Made by a program: the position numbers and the translations under genes
In this document: positions 1-10,358 of the stretch, in pieces
How the letters are laid out: each line of letters begins with the position of its first letter
Numbering within the stretch: the first letter of the stretch is position 1
NCBI GenBank assembly: GCA_002633005.1
Contig: NMRA01000225.1
Location: forward strand, 1-64,000
Source of the DNA: Phoronis australis
Taxonomy: Eukaryota > Animalia > Phoronida
Direction: 5' to 3'
Length of the DNA: 64,000 nucleotides
Notes under the pieces: generated by a model
Databases searched by the model: none
What the model was told of the DNA's origin: nothing
The model's input: only the letters and a program-made list of their open reading frames with translations

Positions 1-179
1 GTTGAGATTCCAAATTCATCAAAACACAAAACATTCGTGCACAGCACAGAAGCTGTCTTGGCGATGCGTCACCGTGACTGAACTTAGTTGAAGCCTGAAG
101 GCTGACTTGCAAAAATTCGACCCATCATCAGATCACCATATCGCAAAGAAGCACACTAAACGATAACAGTGATATTCAT

Positions 180-810
180 GAATGTCGGGCAGCTCTAAAT
201 CAAAACTAGACTAATGAAATTCAAAACTTTTCAAACCGTAGATCGAAAAAGAAGTTCACGTCATTGCTCATAAATTTGGAAAGATTGTCTTTGCACTTCC
301 TTGATGCTTGTAGTTCCCAGTAGCATTGTGCAATGAATTTAGCGGGTTCTTCTAAACCGAATCGTTTGCTTGCCATTCCCGTGCATACTGCAAAGGCTGG
401 ACACGTCGTGACTCAGTGACGCACCTACGTTAAAAATAAGGTGTAGTCATGCCGCCAGTAGGCTGCCCGCGTAGAATCCGCGCACAGTGATTGAAGGGAA
501 AAGAACTTGAACTGCACTGAGGGGTTGAAATGTGCGCATTTTTGGGACACCTCGTTCAGTTCATTTTCCCCAGCCGCCCGGCAGAAGCTGGACCAGTGGC
601 CGTGTTTCAACAGGGAATTTTGACACAGCTCTATAGGCCAAGGATTTCGGGATCATACCTTTCAAAAAAATCTTCAGGAAAGGACCGTATTAAAATGAAC
701 TTTTCCCGAAACTGGGTCAAAAAAACGACCTTGGAGCCAGAACACGGGTATAGCTTCGAGTTAAGCCGCACGTCTCAAATGAATCATACCAGAGCTCACC
801 AGCGACTAGC
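180..810. repeat. Dispersed repeat, copy 1 (diverged copy at ~28990-29680)
   Basis: Colinear shared blocks, e.g. ttggaaagattgtctttgcacttccttg (~276) vs ttggaaagaatggtctttgcacttccttg (~29160), and gaatcgtttgcttgccattcccgtg (~359) vs gaatcgtttgtttgccattcccgtg (~29243). Boundaries approximate. Confidence 0.75.
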
Positions 811-1281
811 ATTAGTTCGTCGAATTGCGTATGCATGGATCAGACTTCCCTGCGACGCCACGACACCGGCTACCGTGGCGGGAGCAGCTAATTTCTAGAC
901 TAACACCTGCTGGATTTAAGCAAAATGACGAAGGCCACGCATACACACATGCAAGCGTATCCAAATACAATTAAATGTATTTCCATGTGAAACCATTCAA
1001 TGTTCTTTGAACATTGACTTGAGTGAGTTCCTAATTTTCTTAGGTAGAACTGTGTTTCAAGTCATTCACTACATAGGCAACTGAGGGTTCAAATTGGAAG
1101 CTGGTGTCGTATAACGTAAGAGATACGAGCCTCATTTGCATATATTAGTGACATCTGTTGGTTCAAAAATGAGGATCATGCCCGAGTACATGCCTGGGAA
1201 GAGGCATCTTTTGGAAGGGTAAAACAAGTCATGTTCAAAGCATCCTAGTGCCATTAATATGCAGTCTTTGGGGACCAAAGT

Positions 1282-1333
1282 GGTGTCATTTTATAGCTAA
1301 AGAGTATTAACTCTTTAACTATAAAATGACACC
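1282..1333. repeat. Long imperfect palindrome/hairpin, probably internal to a MITE
   Basis: GGTGTCATTTTATAG (1282-1296) pairs with CTATAAAATGACACC (1319-1333); inner TAAAGAGT/ACTCTTTA also pairs. Confidence 0.8.
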
Positions 1334-1901
1334 GCTTAAAAGCTTTCAAACACAATGCTTGGATTCCAGACGACTTTAACATTTACTTTTGAAATCACCT
1401 TTGAAAACACGTTAAAATGCGCTAAAACAGTTGTCCCTTCCTGGTTATCTCTTCCTGGTAGTACTCATGTGTAAAAATAGTTTCTCGGTTTCCAAGGAAC
1501 GTTATTCCTGGAGCTCACAAACGCACACCGTGACAAGCCAACTAGTAGAGCCTGGTCTCAACCAATAACGAAATGTCCTCAGTTTTCTTGACACCCTGAA
1601 ATCATTGCCAGTTTGACTATTTGAGAATTTGAGGCCACTTTCATCATAACATAATGGTCTGAAACAAAAGTTGTTTTTATCACAGATGGGCTTTTAGCCG
1701 CTTTAACCATATTTTCCGTGTTAAAAACGTCAGTCTTTTTTAGACGCATGCGTACTTGTTATTTTTAAGCAAAGCGATTGCCTTCTTTAACTCTGTTTCA
1801 ATTGAAATTGGTTATAAACAAACGTTTGAATTATTCTCTTGGCGGTCATACTGCATTGGCGATAGTAACTAACCTGCCATGACAAGCAACTTGGTAGGTC
1901 T

Positions 1902-2036
1902 GGGTAGAGTTCAGTAACGCTAGGACCTCGCTAAAAAGCAAGATTTCGCGAGATTACGTGAGATATTTTCGTGTATTTTAAAAGAGAACAAGTGACTGGC
2001 TCGATTTTTCTAGTTGCGAGCTACTGAACTCTACCC
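1902..2036. mobile_element. Short MITE with 15-bp perfect terminal inverted repeats
   Basis: GGGTAGAGTTCAGTA (1902-1916) and TACTGAACTCTACCC (2022-2036); a diverged inverted copy lies at ~63332-63440. Confidence 0.75.
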
Positions 2037-2428
2037 TGCCAGTTCTATTCAAGTCTAGAAATCAGGCTAACAAATAAGAAGAGACCGGTCTTGTAGCAGT
2101 AAGCGGTCTAATTCAGACGCGGGTTTCAAATTATTGCCCGTTTTTAGTGCACATTTGTGGCTCTGTGAGCCTCGTCCGCAAGCCTCAAGATGGCGCTGAT
2201 CGGTTTAGCTATTTGAGGCTTGGTTATGAGAAATATCTTCTGCGCAATGACTTGCCGCTACCTTGAAGTCATTAAATCAAAAGCAGACTTTAATTATTTT
2301 CACAGGCGCTGTTGCTGCCACAAATGAAGCAGAAGGCATTGTTTTGGTTATTGTTTGAAATAAAGGATTTTTTTTAAGTGATATATATTTATTGAAGGAT
2401 ACACAGAACATACAAAGAAATAATAACA

Positions 2429-2461
2429 AACCCAGAAACCGCGAAGCATTATATCTGGGTT
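2429..2461 (-). other. LINE 3'-UTR stem-loop (putative RT recognition element)
   Basis: AACCCAGA (2429-2436) and TCTGGGTT (2454-2461) form an 8-bp stem about 35 nt upstream of the polyA signal. 3' stem-loops are established in CR1/L2 elements. Confidence 0.65.
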
Positions 2462-2598
2462 GTAAACAATTCATAAATGAAACTTATATACATAGAGGTA
2501 TATACAATTAAGTAGTATCTAAAATAAGTATTCCAATACTTAGATATGCTATTACAGATATATAAAAACAAAAATATATACAGATTCATGTAGGGAAA

Positions 2599-5115
2599 TC
2601 AGATGCAACAATATTGATAAACGGTACATAAAAATTTGCTAACGTTGCTTAGGAGGAATTCGTTGAGAACAAAGTCAAGGTTAGGACTACCATTCAGTAA
2701 TAATGTAACTCTAGTAGGGATATTATTACAAGAATTGAGAGCGTTAACAATTGATTGGTTATCATTGAGTGCACGAAAGAGTGAGTCTCTCAGGGATTCG
2801 ATGAGGGGACATTTGAAGAAAATATGAGGATAAGATTGATGGTCACCACATTTACAGTTTGGAGATACATTACTAAAGTTGTGCCTGAACTTGTCAGAGT
2901 TGAGGAAAAGGCCACATCTTGATCTGTACAATGCTATTTCGTTATCGCGGGTAAGGGAGAATTGAGTCAAGGGTGTTGAGTTATCAAAATTATGAAAAAC
3001 AGTTCTAAAATTATTTTTTATACTCGTAAAAGAGTTGCTTTCCTTAACAGAGACTGGAAGAGAATTCCAGTTGTTGATGCACATCATGACTGTAGACCTT
3101 CTGAATGCCTGACTGAACGACGGAGGAATTGCATATGGGGTGGAGAATCTCAAATCACTACGATGGCCTTGTCTAATATATAGATCAAATATTTTTTTGA
3201 CAGACACGTTGTTGACATTGTTTATTACCTTGAACGTAAATGTGGTCATGTGAAGATTGCGTCGAGTAGACAGTTTGGGCCACTTGAGATTATTCAAAAC
3301 CTTAACACTATTGGATCCCCTGTAAGCTCCAGTTATGAGTAAGGCGGCTTGATATTGTAACTTCTCCAAATGTTGGAGTGCACCCGTATTGGCAGACTGA
3401 TATATAATATCACAATAATCAATGTGTGGAAGTACAAAGGACTTGAACAAAACTTCTAAATGTGTAGAATTCAGATGACGAGAGACAAGCTTAAGTGGGT
3501 TAATTAGTTCCTGAGTTTTTTGTACGAGCTCCCGAACGTGAGGGGTGAATGAGAGTTTTTCATCTAACAGTATACCCAGATGTCTGTGCGACTGTTTTCT
3601 AGGAATGATTTCATCATTAAGTTTAAGGTCATAAGACGGGTCAACAAGGAAGAGAGCATTAATAGATTTGGAGAAGGTAAGGTCAACGCTTTTTTCTGGT
3701 TTAAAATTCATTCTCCATTCTTGTGACCAATAGCTTAGTTTATTTAAGTCGTGTTGAAGCTGCAAAGAACATTCAGGGCTGCTCCCTGCGAAGGGGTAAA
3801 AAAGCGCCGTGTCATCTGCATAAAGGTATGTGCTACATGACAGGTTATCAGGAAGGTCATTAATATAAACCAAGAAGAGAAGAGGGCCCAATACGCTACC
3901 CTGCGGTACACCTGCGTTTACAAATCCAGGATGGGATAAAATTGAAAGTACGCCATCGACACGAACACTGTATGTTCTTTCGGAGAGATATGAGGTGATC
4001 ATGTTTAAAAGATTACCAGTAATGCCATAGGATCGAAGTTTGTGAAGTAGAAGGTCGTGAGGGACACAGTCGAAAGCAGAAGCTATATCTAGAAAAATGG
4101 ACCTGACACTCTCTCCCTTCTCAAAATGTAAATGAATCTCATGTACTATTTCAACAAGTTGTGCCACGGTGCTGTTCCCACGCAAAAAACCAAATTGACG
4201 ATGATAGATCAAGTTGTTTTGTTTGAGAAATGTAAGAATACTTTGAGCAATGATCTTCTCAAAGATTTTGGACAGGGTGTTAAGTAATGTTATTGGGCGA
4301 TAATTTGAAATTTCAGTTTTGGAGCCTTTTTTGTGTATGGGGACCATAATTCCATGTTTCCAAGAAGACGGATAAATGCCTAGCTGAAGAAGTTTGTTAA
4401 ACAGATTGGTCAGGGGCATGGTAATTTCGTTGGCAATCATTTTGATCATCTTGCTGGTTATTAAAGCTGTGCCATCATTCTTATTGGGGTCAATTTCATT
4501 GAGATACTTCCGGACATCAGTTTGATTAGCCGGGATGTCAGACAGTTGATTGAGACAACGTTCACGAAGAAAGGGAAAGTTACTTACTTCAGTTGGTGTA
4601 ATGTGGCTTTTGTTCGTGAAAAATTTGAGAAACAAATCACACTTGTCACTACTACGTGAGGCTAGGTTACCATTATAGTTGATGACAGGATAGGAGGATT
4701 GCTGTTGACTGCCGCGTATTTTATTGATGATGTTCCAGTATTCTTTGGAATTCTTGCTTGCGCTGTTAATTTGTTGAAAAAGCTTGTGTCGGTGATCAGC
4801 TTTGGCTTGATTTACTAAAGTTTCAACCAGACGTGACTGCTCCTTGTATCTGTTGTAGATTATAGTGTTGTTAGATCTTCTGAAAGAGCTGTAAAGTCTG
4901 TTTCTTGCGCGGATTGCCCGTTTAACATTATTGTTGAACCAGTGTTGGCTATTGTGTTTAATTATCTTTTCAGTTGATGGGATGTTGTTTTTTAAGATTT
5001 CATAGAGAGTACTAGTGAAGAGTGAAACAGTGTCATCAATATCGCCAGTGTTCAATATGGAATCCCAGTCAGTGTTGGATATCCTGACGCAGTTTATCGG
5101 TGTCGACCTGATCAT
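2599..5115 (-). CDS. LINE ORF2 reverse transcriptase with C-terminal CCHC-like motif
   Basis: RT motifs WKHGIMVPIHKKG, NYRPITLL, QFGF, FLDIASAFDCV, GVPQGSVLGPLLF, YADD, HLGI; C-terminal CKCG...HIFFKCP. Uninterrupted 838 aa; the first ~12 residues are out of frame because of a frameshift near 5080. Confidence 0.95.
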   Translation of the reverse strand: MIRSTPINCVRISNTDWDSILNTGDIDDTVSLFTSTLYEILKNNIPSTEKIIKHNSQHWFNNNVKRAIRARNRLYSSFRRSNNTIIYNRYKEQSRLVETLVNQAKADHRHKLFQQINSASKNSKEYWNIINKIRGSQQQSSYPVINYNGNLASRSSDKCDLFLKFFTNKSHITPTEVSNFPFLRERCLNQLSDIPANQTDVRKYLNEIDPNKNDGTALITSKMIKMIANEITMPLTNLFNKLLQLGIYPSSWKHGIMVPIHKKGSKTEISNYRPITLLNTLSKIFEKIIAQSILTFLKQNNLIYHRQFGFLRGNSTVAQLVEIVHEIHLHFEKGESVRSIFLDIASAFDCVPHDLLLHKLRSYGITGNLLNMITSYLSERTYSVRVDGVLSILSHPGFVNAGVPQGSVLGPLLFLVYINDLPDNLSCSTYLYADDTALFYPFAGSSPECSLQLQHDLNKLSYWSQEWRMNFKPEKSVDLTFSKSINALFLVDPSYDLKLNDEIIPRKQSHRHLGILLDEKLSFTPHVRELVQKTQELINPLKLVSRHLNSTHLEVLFKSFVLPHIDYCDIIYQSANTGALQHLEKLQYQAALLITGAYRGSNSVKVLNNLKWPKLSTRRNLHMTTFTFKVINNVNNVSVKKIFDLYIRQGHRSDLRFSTPYAIPPSFSQAFRRSTVMMCINNWNSLPVSVKESNSFTSIKNNFRTVFHNFDNSTPLTQFSLTRDNEIALYRSRCGLFLNSDKFRHNFSNVSPNCKCGDHQSYPHIFFKCPLIESLRDSLFRALNDNQSIVNALNSCNNIPTRVTLLLNGSPNLDFVLNEFLLSNVSKFLCTVYQYCCI

Positions 5116-5159
5116 ATTTCCAATTGGTTCGAGTGGTGTGTTGTTCTTTAACCGGTTTT

Positions 5160-6097
5160 TTAAGTGTTAGTGGTTTCGATTGTGTGGTGATCAGAATTGC
5201 CAACAGGAGGTAGTACAGAACATGAGTCAATGATACTCAAATTGTTTGTTATATAGAGGTCAATACAAGAATGAGAAACGTCGGTGATACGGGTTGGCTC
5301 ATTAATTAGTTGTATGCAGTCATTAGACAATAAGATATCCAACAATTGTATTCCGGCCGTATTGTCATGATCATCATTGTACCATGTAGAGTTTCGGGCA
5401 TTGAAATCACCATTTATGATTATACTAACGCTAATGTTGTTTATCCATTTTTCACGAAGTTTTTGGTTTGCAGGGAACACATACAAACTCAGATTTTTAT
5501 CTCTCTTGTTGTTTTTGAAACAGCCAGGAACACAACATGTGTATCCGCCGTAAGTTTTCTTCGCACTCATACCGCGTATTATGCTTGTTACTATGGCCGC
5601 TTTCGGAATCCTGACCACAGCACCCACAATGCACCATTTTAACTAATTTCAATATGGCGTCGCTGCAAATCCGCTATTGCGGTTAAGTTCCGCTAACTGA
5701 TCGGCTAGGGCTTTGAAGTAGCGTTTTCTTTCAATTGGAGATTGAGAAGGTGAGCGATAAAACAACCCATAGTAAATTTTTCTGTGATCGAAATAAATTT
5801 CGATCCAGCAGTTGCATAACTGAGGACAAGTTAAGCTAGGACATAATTTAAATGAGAGTGTGTTTTTAGTGAATAAGATGATGCCACGGCCACTGTTACT
5901 GTGATAAGCTACACTGGAACCAGGAATGATTAGTTCATTATCAAGGTCGTCTTTGGTAACATTACAAGTTTCACAAAGAGCGACAATCATACAATCGTAA
6001 GCCAGAACAATTTTTTTAGAAGCTGGAATCTGGAGAAATTGTTGGATTTAATGCTGTTAATATTTGAAAATAAAATTTTAAAGGTAGTATTGTCTTC
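5160..6097 (-). pseudogene. APE endonuclease of the LINE, frameshifted and interrupted by a THAP fragment
   Basis: The endonuclease is split across ORFs 5987-6217, 5649-5990 and 5160-5627, with frameshifts near ~6000 and ~5170 and a 243-bp insertion. Confidence 0.88.
5430..5676 (-). mobile_element. 5'-end fragment of a THAP-domain DNA transposon inserted in the LINE endonuclease
   Basis: MSAKKTYGGYTCCVPGC...LSLYVFP...REKWINNIS (ATG at 5570) matches the N-terminal two-thirds of a THAP finger (C-x2-4-C, FP, W) and stops before CxxHF. GCTA direct repeats at 5430-5433 and 5673-5676. Confidence 0.8.
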
Positions 6098-6136
6098 AGG
6101 CCCAGGATTTTCTTCAACATCGCCAGCTAAAAGGAG
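6098..6136 (-). other. 2A-like StopGo (ribosomal skipping) peptide LLLAGDVEENPG|P
   Basis: Exact match to the D(V/I)ExNPG|P consensus, immediately N-terminal to the APE domain. Confidence 0.92.
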
Positions 6137-7949
6137 GCACATGCCAATGACGATTCCGTAATCCATACAGGTGTTATGTAAACAATAGTAAGACACATCA
6201 GTAAGCTGAACCCGCATAGCGTGATATCATCTCATTCGATGCCGGTGAGAGGAATTGAACTGTGACCATGAGGGGGGAAATATTGTAAGACCAGAGAAAC
6301 TCACACTACTCGAGGCACTCAAAGGATAGCCGTATCTAACAATTAATACACCAATGCTTGTTAAAATTCAAGGGTTGTTAAATGAATAAGGTAGTCTGGA
6401 CAATTAGGGGAGTCATTTTTAAAAAACAAAATTGTATCATAGGCTCGCTTACAGGTACATAAATAGCAACTTAGTTGAAAAGCATAACATATAAATTCAA
6501 TCTTGGGAAACCAGTTAGTTCTGTTGCAAGTGAATACAAAACCCATAGATAATGAATGACCTAAAGATATCTACAGAGGAAATATGACCAAATAGTAACG
6601 GACAAAAGAACGTGAAAAATAAGAGTTTGAACACTCAAATTCGCTGAAGAAAACAAAAAGATGTATTGAAGATCTCTCACTATGGATAACTTAGCTGTAA
6701 CACGTTTTAGAATTGATAAAAGGCTATGAGTTCTTACCACTATAGGCCACCCAGTAATGACTGATCAGCTCATGTCTTCGGTGGTGTCTTCTGAATTAAA
6801 GTTAACTTTCTCACAGATTGAAACACCAGTTTTCACAGGGATTATTTCAACTTGAATCTCATTATAAACTAAATTATGGTGACAGACAGTGCTCAGCTTG
6901 ATTTTTTCACGGGCAAGCTAAAACAGTAATAACTAATTAATGATATGGGGAATCATTCTGAAACCCACAACAAAAATCACGTGTAGTTGTACATTCTGCA
7001 CCTGACTGACAGAGAACAGAACAAGTGCTTAGAAATTAAAATCAATATTATAGTGAGTGAGTGGTGTCAATAACATAACCGAACAGAAATGCCACACAAA
7101 ATCAGTGACGTGTAAATTTATCCTGACAGACAATTTGGTATGGAGTTGTCCACAAAATCAACGTTCTGAGAAACACAACAGTCAGAATATAAGGGACAGC
7201 CACTAAGGCCTGAGCTCACATATAAGAATCATTGTCTTATGAGAATATCATGCAATGTACAATTCCGTCACACATTCAATTAAAATGTGGGAAACATGTT
7301 TTAACGACAACCAAAAAAACCACATTAATACATACTGTAGGCAGTTGCAAAGATACTATATTACATTTTTGGTAATGGTGCAACTGGGAAACAGTAAGAG
7401 GCAATAAGCAACAAAACCCATGCTCCGAACATGAATGATTTAGATGCAGATTAAGAATTCGATGCATTACCATCGCCTGTGGTCAGTATAAGGTGGTGTG
7501 ATCGCTACGGACCTGTATAGAGTGCACCACCACTGATAGAGAGGTAACTTGAGAGTGATCTGGTATTACATAAGGGAGAAAACTGAATAAGTATCAGTGG
7601 ACAGGACAATTACCTGATCCTGTCATGGGGGTGGGGTGAGTGAACGCAAACAAAGTGAGGGATGTCACCAGTGAGTAACTGGATATGAACTACAATAGGA
7701 CGAGAGCGCAGAATACAGTTTAAACTTCACAGTTTTCTAACACTAGAAGGTCACTTTCTGAGGAAACCTGCTTTATCCTGTTATGCAGCTGTATTGTTAC
7801 GTTACCGTCATGCGTCCACATTTTAGCGATGGTTTTCGATTGTACAAGGCGGCGACAGCGGGCTTAGAGAAGGGACCGTAAAGGTTGTTGGCATACTTAT
7901 TTTCTATTCTTTTTTATTAATAGTATCGTAGTAATTAATTAGTTTTGGC

Positions 7950-9110
7950 ATGTGGAGAATTTCTCGCATACACTGGTGACCGCTCTGATTCCCTAAGCCC
8001 AGATAATTTTTACGATGCCTATTCAGCACGCCCTTCGTATTGATGTAGATCTGAGCTAATGAAGTGAAAAGGTAATTGCTAGCATTACTGTCTCAACAAT
8101 GGTTGTTGTTGGTACCCCCAATTTGGTTTTCTCTGACATTTGCAGAGTTACAGCTAGCAACTCTGGAGAGCAGTTTTAACTTGGTACATTATAAATATTA
8201 CAAAATGACTAAAAAGGTTAACAAAGGGCCACTTCCCAAAAGGAACGATAAGTTTCATATTGGTTTTCTTTATTTAATTTTAATGCTTCTGCCCACTTGT
8301 TTTTTAATTTACCGGGAACGGGTTGATAACTTTCGTCTAAGTTTTAAACTTGAAGTACCAAAACAGTGGTAGATTTTGATCGCCAGCTAAACTTAATTAC
8401 TTAAGTTCATTGTGAGCCCATCCCTAAACTTACCACAATACAGGTACACTAAACATTTCACGTGTCATTAAAGTTTAATCTTTATTAGAACTCAAATCAT
8501 AAAATAAATACAAAAGTGCAAATATGGTGATAACCAAACTGAATATTTGGAATCTCTGGACAATTTCGGGGGCACTGACTAGGCTCTTTCTCAGTAATAA
8601 AAAATGAAAATTGGACACAACAACTCTTTCCTGGTCAAAAATCTGGTTAAACGAGGTTGAAAGAACATTAAAAAATGAATCCATGTGATATTGTTAACTC
8701 TAATCAGCGTTTGTATATCTACCGAGTAAATCAATACGCGCGGTAGTTTATCTTCAATCGTACTCAATGGTTGTAACTTTTAGATTATTAGTTCATCAAT
8801 TTTAAAAAATCGAAAACCGTACTTGGTAGTTTTTTTCAGGGGAATACCGACGTGATGTTCATTTATAACGAAAATTAGTGGTTAATGCATTTTGAAAATT
8901 CGTCATTATTCACAATCAGAGATGTTTAATACAGTTTATGATTGGATAATTACATTTAATTGGGTCTTGCTCGCATCAGGCAATGCGGTCATCACGATTG
9001 TGCCTGATTTCGGTGCCGCGCTCTTTTGATCCTGGTACAAGCCGCTGAGAAGGACGAGAGGTGAAAATTCCCGCATACCTTTAGAAATGCGTGACTTCCT
9101 TGTAAGTTTA
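7950..9110. repeat. Dispersed repeat, copy 1 (copy 2 at ~47230-48230); possibly a decayed LTR-retrotransposon pol relic on the - strand
   Basis: Shared blocks gattccctaagccccagataa, gtagatctgagctaatgaa, gggccacttcccaaa, ttttgatcgccagc and gtgaaaattcccgcatacctttagaaatgc. This copy has ~400 bp extra. Confidence 0.8.
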
Positions 9111-10051
9111 TTATTCACGTTATGGAATCAAAGTAATCATTTTTGCAATAATTTCGACCTAAATTGTTGTAATATTCCGTTAGTTTTCATCTTTATGTTA
9201 TACTGCAGAAAATTTCAAAGTTGATATACCTTTATGTTACTCGTAATATTCCGGTGATACGTTTCATTTTCCATAGACCTTATTCCGCGTATCGATCTCG
9301 ACCTTCGGTCTCGGTCTATACGCGTAATGTCTCGTGCGATGTTACTTCATGAACGCCACTCTCACCTCGGTACGTTTTGTGTACATATTCTCGCAATCGT
9401 GATCACGAACCACGTGCAATAAACAGCGAATGTCGTGTAGTACGTGGACCTTAAACGTGTTTCCATATTACGAAAAAGCAACAAACAGAACAATGAAGCA
9501 ACAATTTTACATCAACCACTCGTCAGAATCGGTTTTCAGAAATTGAGATTAATTACGTATCAATTTCACGATGACACCAATGAAGAATTATGCTGAATTT
9601 GCGTAGGGTAGCCTTAAATAAAATGCAATTTTTGGTAAGCTTTTGATACTGTTATCTAAAGAAATTGTAAAAACTAAAATATTGATAACACCGCAGCCCT
9701 TTAACACGAGTAACGTAGACAAGCTTTTGAAACCGGAAGTATTTTCATGCGTATCCCTTTTCATCCAAGATATTGAATATAACACATCTCATTTTTTCAA
9801 CATCTTGTCATTTTTGTGTTTAACTAACGCCTTTCAGTAGGCCCTAATGGGAATTTGTTCATGCGTCTTGCATGACGAGGACAAAGTGTCCTGTATTCAT
9901 CGGATATTCATGAGGTCTGACACAAAGAGGTCTTACCAAGCGACAAAGCTAAACGTGTACACAGTCGTCAGTGGTGCATGAACTACTCACAAGTTTTGCA
10001 TTGTTATAATCACCAACAACACTCTGGTGCATATTTGTTATATTTCTATAT

Positions 10052-10358
10052 GGAGAGTGACTGGAAAACTACTTTTACCACGGATGTGCATCCTTACCAT
10101 GCACCGCAAAAAATCCTTACTACGGGACATGAACCAGTCTAGCCAAACCTCTGTCCCTCTTACTGCAGACAATTTTTAGCGATAATGACTGAAAAAACAA
10201 CATGTTGAAACCGGGTTGTGCCTTTCGGACACTTGTGCTAAATTATCCATGGTAAGAGCGTCCGAGTATGGTTAGGGATCAGATTTCATGGTAGGGGCTT
10301 TTGTGCGTGGTGTTGTAAGAGTTTTCGCGATGTGTGGTAAGAATTGCCTTCCAATCCC
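10052..10358. mobile_element. MITE-like element with inverted CTTACCA-type subrepeats
   Basis: Left tggaaaactacttttaccac...ccttaccatg...ccttactac mirrors right catggtaag...tggtaggg...gtggtaagaattgccttcca. Confidence 0.5.

Larger units (their letters stand above)
2368..6217 (-). mobile_element. CR1-group (CR1/L2/Crack-like) non-LTR retrotransposon: 2A - APE endonuclease - RT - CCHC, lightly mutated
   Basis: APE motifs (LFSNINSI, IVALCET, FYRSPS, GDFNAR, EPTR, SCIDL, SDHH) lie over three frameshifted ORFs, followed by an 838-aa RT ORF, a 3' stem-loop, AATAAA (2388-2393) and an A-tail (~2368-2375). The 5' end may extend to ~7.7 kb; no ORF1 or TSD found. Confidence 0.92.

Noticed and set aside
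530-898. 122-aa ORF
   Set aside because: It lies in a dispersed repeat, has no recognisable domain, and no comparable ORF appears in the second copy.
5430-5676. THAP insert as a spliceable intron or a complete MITE
   Set aside because: No placement of the boundaries within the TAGC repeat gives GT/GC...AG ends, and there is no TIR pair.
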